NCBI RefSeq assembly: GCF_963676685.1
Contig: NC_092345.1
Span: 15,686,001-15,750,000, forward strand
Direction: 5' to 3'
DNA length: 64,000 nt
DNA from: Mytilus edulis
Lineage: Eukaryota
Below are positions 25,683-38,000 of the stretch, piece after piece. The stretch's first letter is position 1. The number at the start of each line of letters is the position of its first letter. The notes under the pieces were generated by a model. The model saw only the letters and a program-made list of their open reading frames with translations. It ran no database searches and was not told the DNA's origin. The position numbers were made by a program, and so were the translations under genes.

Positions 25683-26250
25683 CGTAACGGTACCCAAATT
25701 GCACCGAGTACCCAAATTGCACCTATATAGCAAAAATAGCAGCGGACGTCTTACAAGATTTCCTTGAGACTAAACAATTTGTATTTTTATGATTTGATAC
25801 TATGCACACTATGAAGTATTACTGAAAAAGCAAAATGTACTGAAACGTCGCTATGCGACGTCCTCAAAACGTCATCTTTTTAAAATGATCAAATACAATA
25901 TGTTACAAGTATCCATTTAAAAAAAATGAAGAGTAAGCATGGACTAATATCCAATTGCTCAAAATATTTGAAGAAATTAAACAAAAGCTCTGTAACTAGA
26001 CTTTTGACGATGCGAATTTAAGCATGGATGCAATTTGGGTACTACTCATTTAAGAATCATTGATGGTTTGGAGGTCAGTTTAGACCAATTTTTCTATGAT
26101 TTCATATGGAATAAAAATCAAATTGGTGTACCTACATAATAAAGAAGGATACGGCTACAAAATAAACACAGAATGGACATTTTTGTCTTTATCATAAAAA
26201 AACGTAGGCGAAAAAACTGTCAAAATAGGTGCAATTTGGGTACCGTCACG
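25683..26250. mobile_element. MITE
   Basis: TIR cgtaacggtacccaaattgcacc / ggtgcaatttgggtaccgtcacg; flanks gtaa / ttaa. Confidence 0.75.
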
Positions 26251-26850
26251 TTAACTTTAATCAAATAAAATTATGTTTGAAGAACAATAAAGGTTTTCGA
26301 ATGATGTCTCAAAAATACACAGTAAGTAGTGGTGTAAAACTGCTACCTCATATAACATGAAATGTATAGTTACAACAAAAACATACCGCAGCTACGATAG
26401 AATAAATAGCATTTAATTGTGTGTTTACAAAAAAAAAAAAAAACCCGCAGCAGTAAAATTTTAACAAAGACATACACTTTTTCTTATATTTTGATATTGA
26501 TTATATTTCAAGACTAAATTTTTGTTTATATCTAAATGATAGATAAACAGTCAATATGTTCATATAGAAATGTTATCTTGTTGCTGGTTCAATTGGTCAA
26601 TTTGACTTTTCCCATAAAAACGGCCGTGAAAGATTGATAATAATTGATTTAACGCTTTTTTTTTATTAATCATCGGGTAATACACAAAACTCTTCTGTTT
26701 GTTGTGTAAATTAAGTTCGGACTGAACGTCTTTGTACTAATACTAAATTGTTGCAAAAAACGTTTTTTTCTATACGACTCCACATAAGAAACGGTTTAAC
26801 CGATTCGCACTTTCCATAGACCAAGAATTTGTATAGTAAATCCTTGCATA

Positions 26851-27585
26851 CACAGCTGCTTTAGGAAAAGTAATCTTCATGTACAGTTGTAAAGATGCAT
26901 ATCAAATGTGCATTTGTATAGCTGTATATAAACTGTACATCTGTAAAGCTGTAGATCAACTGTACAGCTGTAAAGCTATATATAAACTGTACATCTGTGA
27001 AGCTGTATATAAACTGTACATCTGTAAAGCTGTAGATCAACTGTACCGTGAGCTGTAAAGCTATTTATCATATACTTAGACTAAATAACATATGATTTTT
27101 ACAGTATGATAATAGCATTAAGTTAAAGTATTTTCCATATTTTTTGAATTGGTGCTTAGCGGGCTGATATGAAAAGTTTATCACATGCTTCGATTGTTAT
27201 CACATGCCTTTCCGTAACGTTATCACATGGCATTCCGGTGATACTCGGCAAATTCCGGAAAATACACCTAAATGCTACGTTTTCATTGAAAAATATTACA
27301 AAGTTGTGTACAAAACAATTATTTGAATATTCTAAAGTATATTGTGTAAAATGATTAAATTAAATTAAAAAAAAAAATTAAATAAATGCAGTTTTTAAGT
27401 TTTTCTGAAACATAATTTAGAAAGTTATAGAAAGTATACAGCTAAACAGATATACACTGTTTATACAGATGTACAGTTTATATACAGCTTTACAGCTGTA
27501 CAGTTTATATACAGCTTCACAGATGTACATTTGATATGCATGTTTAGAACTGTACATCAAGATTACTTGTACTAAAGCAGCTGTG
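26851..27585. mobile_element. MITE with TA TSD and subterminal repeats of about 28 bp
   Basis: TIR cacagctgctttag / ctaaagcagctgtg; mirrored (aaactgtacatctgtaaagctgtatat) arrays at both ends. Confidence 0.75.
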
Positions 27586-28257
27586 TAGACTGTGCTTGTG
27601 GAGTAGAAAATTATTTCAATATCACGAACTCATTGAGGGTTATTGTGTGTGTGTATTTCTTTATTTCTTTTGTCATTTGAAAGCGAAGATTTTCCTCATT
27701 CAAGCGATAGCAATTGTCTAACTGTTCCAGACACAACAATTAATTAAAATTAATTTTTCATTTTCATTTTCAAACGTCAACTTTGTTAAGAGTAATTGAA
27801 CACATTTATACCTAATTTAAAACAAAAAACAAAAGCGAGTGTCTGTATTATTGACTACAAACATGAGATCAAAAGAAACACTAATGTAACCGTCAGTCTT
27901 CCATCACCTAATATATATTTTTTACTGTTTTGATCCCAGAGATTTACAAGCGGTTTCATCTGCAAGAGAAATATTATTATCTCCTACACCAGATTTTAAA
28001 AAATGTCATAAACGATAATCAGTGTTAAAATGACTTGTCAAGCTTATGGATGTTCTGCCTGACCAAGAAATGTAAAAGTCTCCCCTGTAAAAAAGAAAAA
28101 TTGTACCACACTTAGATCTGCAACATTAACTTACAAGAAGCAATCTTTGATAGTGCCTAGGACAAGTGTGTGTGTTGGCATCTTGTTCCGAAGGAAACTT
28201 GATGGTACGGTTATAACTTATAGACCTGAGGTTGCGAGTGGTCTGTCCTCATATATA

Positions 28258-29510
28258 TGTTACAGGCATTTTTTAAATTTAGGCATTTTGTAAAATGACT
28301 GAATTTTTAGGCAATTTATAAAATGGCTAAAGTTGGCGGGCATTTTATAAAATGCCTAAAAAACCTAGTCATTTTATAAAATGCCTGAAATTTTTAATGA
28401 AAATTTCACAAATTGCCTGGTTTGTTTCAGGCAATTTGTGTAAATATGAAATACATGAAATAGATGATAAAAATATATTGTAAAGCTACACAAAAGGGTT
28501 GAGTAAAATGAATTAAAGATTATTCTTTAAAAATGTAGCCATAATTGTCAACCATTTTCCAAAGTGTACAAAACATACACTTTGTCCGACCCCCCCTCCC
28601 CCCACCCTCCCTCAAAAAGTGTACATCAACCATTTTCAGATTTCAAGACAAGAATCAATCATTCTTAATAAAAGAAGATCCTGTCTATTATTGTTTAGTT
28701 TCATATAAAAATTTGCATTGAAAATAGATTGAAAAACATCTGGCTGTTTTACTTTTTTTTTTTTAAAAGGCGTACGGTAAAATGTTGATTGTTTACCCCC
28801 TCCACCAAAATGTACGTTTTGTACACTTTGGAAAATTGTTCACAATTATGGATGACCCCTAACCTTATGGCTGTTGTGACTGGAAAGGAAGGGCATGGTT
28901 ATCAACTGGGAATTAAAGAAGGAATACTACGTGGACTTTACACCAGGAATCAGTTTGAACTGTCTGACAGTAAATTTATTGCTACCGATATTCAATCTGT
29001 AAATTATGATAATGAAATATCCTTTAGAAAAGCTGTTAGTAAAGTTTCTTTGTGTAATGGTCAGGGTTATACAAAATGTGGCTGTAGTGCGTGTTGTAAG
29101 ACTAGATGTAACACTAAACGTTGTCTTTGCAAAATGTCGGGACAAATGTGTAACAGTCGCTGTCATCCAAACCTTACATGTAGCGACAAATAATTGTCAA
29201 CTTCACTGTTTATGTAAATAATTCAATTACAATTACAAATCTGTAACTGTTTAAATTGCATGCTTTATTTAATGATAGAATAAAAGTATCTATTTGATAT
29301 TTCAAGTCGTTTAATTTTGAGTACATTATTTTCAGTTTTAGTCTTTTAGGCATTTTGTAAAATGCCTTACATTTTTTTCAGGCATTTTATAAAATGCCTG
29401 AAAAAAAATAGTCAATTTGTAAAATGCCTAAATCATGAAGGCATTTTAGAAAATGCCTAAAACTTTCAGTCATTTTACAAAATGCCTAAATTTAGAAAAT
29501 GCCTGTAACA
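28258..29510 (+). mobile_element. Ginger2-type DNA transposon remnant (KRBA2/SCAND3-like integrase C-terminus)
   Basis: TGT...ACA ends, TIR of about 45 bp plus aggcatttt subterminal repeats, TATA TSD; ORF remnant GILRGLYTRNQF...GQGYTKCGC...RCLCK...CNSRCHPNLTCSDK (about 28865-29193). Confidence 0.82.
28538..28860. mobile_element. MITE nested in the Ginger2 remnant
   Basis: Inverted ends ccataattgtcaaccattttccaaagtgtacaaaac / gttttgtacactttggaaaattgttcacaattatgg. Confidence 0.6.
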
Positions 29511-31243
29511 TATACACACATCCAAGCTAAAATAAACAAATAATCGCTTGTGGGGTAAATACTCGTAAATACAATTAACCATGCTTACAAAAAAAAACAA
29601 TCCGGGGGGTATGTAGATACTCTTGCTTCGTCTTAAGGCTCAAGGGAGCCTGACTTGCGTAGCTGATATTTGTCTATCATCTCTCAAAATATGGACAAGT
29701 GTGTGTTATCATTTATCATTTATTTGACAGCTTCAGACCCACTTCTTTTTTCAAACTGGACGGGTCACTATTTTACCTAAAAATGCATGACACATTTGTA
29801 TGCCCCACTTCTGGATATTATGACTTTTCTGGTCTATGCGTCCGTTCGTCCGTATGCCCGCTTCTGGTTAAATTTTTTGGTCGAGGTAGTTTTCAAAATC
29901 CTAAATCTCAGCCTTTTTGTGCGTTGTTTCGATGTTTTGTTGTCCTTTGAGGAGTGTTGACGGGTTTTTGTTATCATCTATCGTAAATGTATACAGTTTT
30001 GTAGACTCGAGGGAGGAGGAGGGGAGGGGATTGAGATTGACAAATTAAAATTACTTGTCTGTTATTGAAGACTAATTGTTATTGTTGACATTAGCGTGTC
30101 TATCTTGTATTTCGATTGCTGTCCCGTATTTGTACATGCAGAATGTTAAGGACAGGATTGTAATTTGCTTCATATTGAGAAAAAAAAATGACTATCAGTT
30201 GTTTTATGTGTATTGTAGGTCAACATGTCGCGACATTTAATTAAACGATAAGAGCTTATTACACCTTAATTATTCGAGAATGGTATAAAAATGTTCATGT
30301 TATACATTACTTCATAAACTTTTTTGAAAATCAAACAATAATGATATCCCCACGCTGGAGCATATTAGAGAAAGCAGTTTTAATTAAGTCTTAATTATTA
30401 ATAACAACTGTTAAATCAAAAGTGTATCACGTCTGTTTTTTAAAACGAAAATTCATTTGTATTTAAAAATGTTTATGCAGCTATTTCAATTTATTATATG
30501 CATCACATATCAAAGTTGAATTGCGTAATCATCATGGTTAATTAAAAAAAAATCATATCATTTATTTGAAAGCTTGATCTGACAAATTGGTACAACTCAT
30601 AGACTCCTCCTCTCCTGTTGGTTATGATTCATCAGAAAATAGCAAACAGGCTATAACAATACTCGTAAGTGGTTTTTCCTGCAGTTTACGACAGTGTTTC
30701 GACTTCTATTGTCAATGTTAAAATGTAATATGTTGACTGCAAATGAGCTACACCTATCAGTCAGTAAACTTGTTACTTTTGCTGGAGGTTTCCTGATTTT
30801 TTAGAAGCTTCTGTCCAAGTTTAAACTAAATTTCTTGACGTTGAAAGACTACCATTGCATACTAAGATATCAAGCCGATATTCAAAGGATGTTTTATACC
30901 GCACTGTCATACGCGTGCGAGGTTTTATTAAATAGGTATACAACTATTTCTACACGAGTAACTGCCTTTACCAAGTCAGGAATATTAGTTATTTTTGAAT
31001 TCGTTTGATATCACGCGGCATAGGCGGATTCAAGGGGGGACGTGTTTGCCTTTTGATAAAGTACTTTTTCATACATCTGGTAATTCGTGGTTCTCTACAG
31101 CAGTTGGTTAAAATTTCTGACCAGTTGAATAATTTAGTTTGATGAGATATTTGAAAAAGGGTCAGCATTTTGAATGATCTGCAATAAGTGGAGAGCAAAA
31201 CTGACTATCAAGTCGAAAATATAAAAAAAAAAATATATTACTA

Positions 31244-32093
31244 CCGTATTCGGCCGTGTATAGTACGCAGTTATGTATAGTCCGCACCCCCTTTTCATCC
31301 CCTTAAAATCGAGAAAAAAAGTTTTGTAAAAAAAAAAAAAAAAAAAAAAATTTTTTTTTTTTTTTAACAAAGTCTAGTTCACTGTTAAAATCCACTGAAA
31401 GTCATCTATTTTTCATGTTTTTTATAAAAATAATAAATTTTGTTTTATTTATTTCATGAAAAATAATGAAATGGTAGAGCTTTTTCATCAGGTAATTAAT
31501 AATATTTGATAATTTTATAAAAGTAATTATTATTCAAAATATCCCTTTTAAAATCAACATTTGTCTAAGTATGTCCAAGCTGATATATAATATACTAGTA
31601 ACAGAAATAATTTGAATATTATGGAACAAAAGAAAAAAGAGATCAAACATTATCTAAATTAATTAGCAGTAATCAAAATTTTTAAACTATTTAATCTTAT
31701 ATAATCTTTTCATTGATCATGTTGTTATATTGCCTGGGGATTATAATATTTAACATCTGTCAAAACTTGACATCATTATTTAATTGCTACACACCCATAC
31801 TTAATCCTTAATTACCCCTCTTGATTACCTATACAGGATGTCACACCTTTACTTTGACTAATCAATTTTGAAGAGAAAAGTTTAAAAAGAATAAGAATTA
31901 ATTGAAATAAATATAATTAACGTCTCCAATATACATTATTAGTGCAGAAAAAAACGAAATTAAAAAAAAAAACAAAAAAAAACATTCTTTTTATAAATTT
32001 CGAAAACCGTCTATAGGTGTGTATAGTCCGCACCCCTTGTACAAACTACAGATTTAAGGGAAAAAAGTGCGGACTATACATGCCCAAATACGG
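31244..32093. mobile_element. Tc1/mariner (pogo-like) MITE; extra inverted left-end copy at about 32243-32307
   Basis: TA|ccgtatt...aatacgg|TA with internal tatagtccgcaccc motifs. Confidence 0.7.
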
Positions 32094-34654
32094 TATGCAA
32101 AGTCTAAACTTAACACTGGCCGATTTATCATTCAATGAGCATATTCATGAATCCATAAACTTTCCTTTTTCTATTTCAATAATGTATCTTTTGTACTATG
32201 TGTGTGAAAATTCATATTTTGTTTACTAAACCTTTTTTCACAATTCTAAGGGGATGAAAAGGGATGCGGACTATACATTACTGCGTATAATAAACGGCTG
32301 AATACGGTACAAAATATTTTAAAACAAAATCCTTGATCCTGTGATGAAATGGTCATCGTGGGTTACATCAGAATGACATATACAAATTGTTGACAAAGTG
32401 AAGCTTTGTGCCAGTGAAATTTTGATAAAGAATATCAAAAGTTTCCAAATCAATCGAATCTGACCAAGACATAATCTCTATGGTATGAGATGTGCCAATG
32501 TTAATAGAACTGTACTCCATACAATTGACTTACCAATAGTGTAGCCTACTAAAGTGACCTTATAGAAATTTATTGAGGCAAGACGAAAACTGTCACTATG
32601 GCAGCTATGTTGTTAGCATGCACTGGTACAAGTGTGATTGTAAGAAATTTCGGAGAACGTTTGTCATTATGATAGGCTGAAATACAATAAAGCAATGTGC
32701 TATGCAATGAAATTGTTTTGTTAATCCATTAAGCACAGGGTAGCAAGTATTGCTCGTAGAACAAAATCTTCCTGTTATTGTCATTTGGAATACTTTAAAC
32801 GTAGAAGTGTTGGGTCGACTGAATGTCCTAGCCAACTGCTAAATTACAAAGGCATAAATTCCTTTAATAGAGGATCATCAGAAACAAACATAAACAGTTA
32901 TTATCAACTTTAGGAACTCAACATTGTTCAATTGCAAATAAAAATTTAGAATTTCTATCTTTAGTTTTTTGAGTGATATGGGCATAAGCAAATTGTATGA
33001 GCAAAGTAATCCTTTTGTAGACCTTTAATTTAAACAAGGAATAATTAGTTGTTTGGTTTATGCAACCTTAGCACAAAAGGTTATATATCTCAGCAGAAAA
33101 CATCTGAGAAAAAGCAACATTTTTGGATTTTTTTAATTTCAATAAGGTTCTTTCTGCAAAGCTTTCATAGAATTTAATAGGATTTTTTATGGATATTTTG
33201 ACAAGTTTCTTTTACTTTTGTCATGGTTTAAATAATAACAATAAATTTCTCCCAATAGTTCTATATATTTAAATCAATTAAGGGTCCATTTCAGGAATCT
33301 GTATCCTTATTAATCATTCAGAAAAGTCTATTTATTGATTACATGTTGAAGGGTTAATGTACAAATATATAACTTACAATAGATTGGTACTAATTGACAG
33401 GATGTTTCCTCGCTGTTAAACCCTAAACCACTTTTCCTTTTTTTAGTAATGGCAGTCATGTGTGGTTACTAGCAGGAATTTCATACAAATTTTGAATTTA
33501 CACTCTACCTCCAGAATAAGGGTCAAGATAAGTTTCAAGAGGCACCGTGGTTTCAGAACAAGTTTTTTTCCTTAAAAGTTTTACAGATGGTCCATCACTG
33601 ACAAAACACAAAAGTATTTAGTCAAAATTTACCTCTGAACCAATTCCTAAACTGCCAAAATTGCTAGCATCCACTTTATTCAACTCTAATAGATAGTTGT
33701 CTCATTGGCAATTCTACCACAGCTTATTTACTTATATACTAGAGGCATTCAATAAAAACAAGTCTTTTTTATCAAGCTTTTATCACAATAAGCAAACAGT
33801 GAAACATTGCTGAGGAAGCAGATTCTTTAAATAATGACATAAAATCTATATTCATTTTCTTAATTTTAAAGTTTATTGAAATAACTCAAAAGCATATCTA
33901 AAATACCACATTCATTTGCAACACCCAAAATATTTTCACAGACAGTATAACACATAATATTAAATTCAAACTTATCTGAACGAAAATTGATGCTGTAGAA
34001 GCAAGATTTTAAAGTTCGGTGGATTTATTATTGTCCCTAATTCTCAATGATTTCATGGTTGAAGGGATACCATTAATTTATGCATTCAATCAATTATAAT
34101 TTTTCTATTGGCTTATATGTAAACTTTATTTGACAGACAAAATCTAATACATTTTTTTTCTCAATACTCTAAAAAATTGGTAGATGTTTGCCCACACAAA
34201 TTAATCCACAGTATTACCAAAATCAATAATCAGGAAACCCATTTGTATTTTATTAATTATATAAAACTGTAAATGGGATTATGAAAACTGAAACTAAAAG
34301 GCAGCTTTTTCAGAATCTGTAGCTCGTCTACATATAAAGATAAATACTGACTAATTTTCTCAAAATCATATTTTAATTTATCTTATCTATTAAAATTTTT
34401 CTCTTTTATGCAAAACAATAAAAGCAACAATATATCAAAATTAATTTGACCTAAATAAGTTTACATTAAATCATATAAAGATTCTTTTAGTTTGTAAATA
34501 ATTCCAAATTTCAAATAAACCAAGGAGGCCATCTTTAACACAATCAAATAATGTACTATGAGTACAAATATCATATTGCATGGGGATACAGTAATATAAT
34601 CTAAATATAAGAGCATACTGATAATAAGATTTCAAATTCTTTTACGTGTTACAA

Positions 34655-34935
34655 ATCTGAACAGTTTTTATGTGTGGTAATATTCTGAACTGTTATATGT
34701 GTTAATAAATAAAGGAATAATGTATTGTGTGGTAAAATTTTGAACAACTTTATGTGTTGTAATATTCAGATCATTGTTTTGGTTTAAGTAAAATTCGGAG
34801 GGGTATTTTGTTTGATAAAATTCTGGAACAATTATATATGTGGTAAAATTATGAACAATGTTGTATTACGGAAAATTCTAAAATGTTTTTATAAGTAGTA
34901 AAATTCAGAACAGTTTATACATGTGGTAAATTCAA
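34655..34935. repeat. Degenerate tandem repeat of about 27-28 bp in the UBR4 3' UTR
   Basis: Recurring attctgaaca...tgtgtggtaa(a/t) motif, about 10 units. Confidence 0.6.
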
Positions 34936-34978
34936 AAAACGTCTTTAATTGAGGCATACACTAAAACAAAGTCTATAT

Positions 34979-35043
34979 TTATGGCATGGAGCTCATCAGT
35001 TCTGTCATAAAGGCTGTCGAGTCTGGTATATCTGATAACAAAC
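34979..35043 (-). CDS. UBR4: UBR4 terminal coding exon ([21 protein letters not shown])
   Basis: tttgcag acceptor, TAA stop at 34979-34981; resembles the vertebrate UBR4 C-terminus. Confidence 0.93.
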
Positions 35044-38000
35044 CTGCAAAATATCATTTAAAATATTACTTACAGTGAACACAAAAATACCATAGATTAA
35101 GTGTGCATTCATTATTACAAATTAATTATTGTGGTGCATTATAGAAACTTCATAATTTTGGATTGATTTCTACATGTCTTTTTCAAGCATCTGCAAAACT
35201 GCACATCATAATTTAAGAGGATGGAAGATTAATTTCTGAAGCATTCTATTGTTGATAAAAAATAGGATGAATTATCAATGCAATTTAATGAAATGCTGAA
35301 TACAAAAAATGCATCAGAATATACATAGCCAAACTAATTTCATTGTAATTTTCACAATAATAATATTTAGTGTCAGCTTGAATTACATTCAGTGCATTAA
35401 AATCTAACATTACTTTGCAAAATTAAAATTCTAATTCATGAACTATAATAAAACTTAGTTGCAGTTTTTGTTTAAAAATTATTTTTTTCTAAGGTTTATC
35501 AGTTTTGACAGCTTAATCCAGTAAAATATAGAAATTACGCAAATTATTGACTATTAGACTTGTAAATGCTTAGCAATACTGTAAAGTACAACCGTCATTC
35601 AAAAAGGTATAGGAGGTATATTTTTAATTTAACTGTTCACTGGCAAAAAGATATTTTTGGTGATGCAATGTCAGCTCTATGTTAGCTCTAATTTAGCCCA
35701 AAATGTTTCAGATGTGCATTTATATTTCATTAAAATCTGTCACATTAAATTAATGACGACACAGTCACTATGTGTAATCAAGACATGGCTTATATTTACA
35801 TTTTCTGAAAGTAATTCTTTAATAGTTTTATAAATGGGATTGGTAATTTCATAATCCAATTTTTAATTTTAAGTGAATCTACATCCTTCACAATTTACTT
35901 TCACCTGAACTTTTTTGTTGTAAACTTTTTGTTATAAGACTTTGAAAGACATTGACAATACAAACATTAATATTTGTCTGATATAGCTATGGCTATATTC
36001 TATATCGGCTTAGGTCTTAAAATGCAATACTATCTGGATAAGACATTTTCCCCACAAATATTTGAAAAGTAAATGAATGGTGTTATAGAAATATTTTTCA
36101 AAACACAAATTCTGTGATTCTACTTGTAACGATCTCATTTTTGCATCATTTGATCTATTTACATTTACATCAGATCATATCAACACACCCTATGCCTTAT
36201 TGCCTATATAATAAAAGACTTACCTAGAACATCCATCACTTCAGCTACAGACTCACAGGGCAATAACTCATCTTCATATCCACGTAATACTTTATCACAT
36301 GATTCAATCAGTGGTTTGTCATTGTTACGAATGTAGTCAGCCAAAGTACTACTCCAATTACTATCTGCAGGAACTGTCACTTTCTGTAAATAATAAAAAC
36401 ATAATTTAATAAATTTCATGCATCCGAAGCAGTATATATAAGAATCAAAAACAAAAGATGACCAAAAATGACTTAAAAAATAATGGTAAAATCCTTCTAA
36501 GGTCAACTTTGCCTAAGGAAGTTGAAAACTTCAATTTCTAAATTTAGAAAAAGAAAATTCTTTAAAGGTTTGTTATAATCATGAGTTGATGACAGCCTCA
36601 TGGACTAATAAGCTGAGGCACAATATTTTTCAGGATTTTCAAATGTAGTATATGTTATATAATTTTCATAAAACTTCTATTTTATAAAAGAAAATTTGTT
36701 CAACCTTTCAGTTAAAGCTCTGCTGTCAGGTTGTTTGTGGTTGATTTTAAATTAACTACATTTTCTATTAATAATCCATATTACAGAAAAATAAAATAGG
36801 CCAGATTGCTTGTTTTTGAGATTTAAGCTGCGAAAAATTGCAAAATTTTGGCATGGAAAAGAGTATCTCTTGATTTTTCATATGAAACGAACAAAAACAG
36901 ATAAATTGTATATTGGGGATCGGAAAAGGTCAACTTTGCCTTATTTCATATTATCCGAAATAAATTAGAGATTATAAAAATATTGAGAAAAAATAGGGAT
37001 GCTATGCAATATTTCTCATGCCTATCCTTGGATAAAGCAGGCTGGATATGACAAATAGAGAAAGTTTAAACATGGGAGGCAAATGCCCTTAATCTCTAGC
37101 ACATGTATTCCATCATTAGTGTTATCTGTATGTCTCTAGGTTGACAACACTATCTTCTAGTAAAATGACAGCTGAATAAACAGAAAATTGTTCTTCAACT
37201 AGCATTCATTACATTAAGTATAAAATAAAACATGATAATTGTTTTAAAAATGATCTTTTCTTTAATCAAGTGCAAATAAAGAAATACAAGTTCCAAGAAA
37301 TTCTGAATATTAAAATGCTTAAATTTTTTTTTTTTTAATTTTGAACAATTTGACTTTAACACCAAAATAAAATATTGAGATAACTGTTCCAGTTTAATTT
37401 CTGCCTCTCTGAATTTAAATTTCCTTTTTCTTTAAAATCATCCATTTTTCTCTCTTCTATATACCAAAAAATAAGTATGTTTTTTTTCTGTCCTAATATA
37501 ACAGATAAATATTAACAAACAAATTTTAAAAATGCTTGTCATTGTAAAACTGAGAGCATCCAAAATCTTTAAACCAAAAAAATTGAAATAAATTAAAACA
37601 AAAATTTCTGTCCTTCACCTAACAGGTACAATAGGTATCATCTATAGATCAAAATAAAAAAAAATAAAAAAAATCTTTTTCTTTCCTTCATCAAATAGAT
37701 AAACATCTACCAAAAATTTAAATACATGTCACTGAAAGGCTAAAAGCATCCAAAATTTTCTAGTTTACAATATAACTTTTGACTAAATTTTTGGTGACAA
37801 ACCTAAGAATGTTGATCTGTTAATCTTGACAGTTATACAGCCTAGATTATCTATAATCTCTCATGACAGATACATACAGAGTAAAATATTTATCTGCCGT
37901 AATATTTTGATAAATCTATCTAAGTAACATCTTTACTATTTGTTTAAGCGAAACGTCCGATTCCGTCACTCGACAGGTCGTATTTAGAAAAGTATGGCAT

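Noticed and set aside
31328-31366. Poly-A directly followed by poly-T (hairpin or terminator-like)
   Set aside because: Homopolymer expansion within a MITE or consensus artefact; not a bacterial terminator
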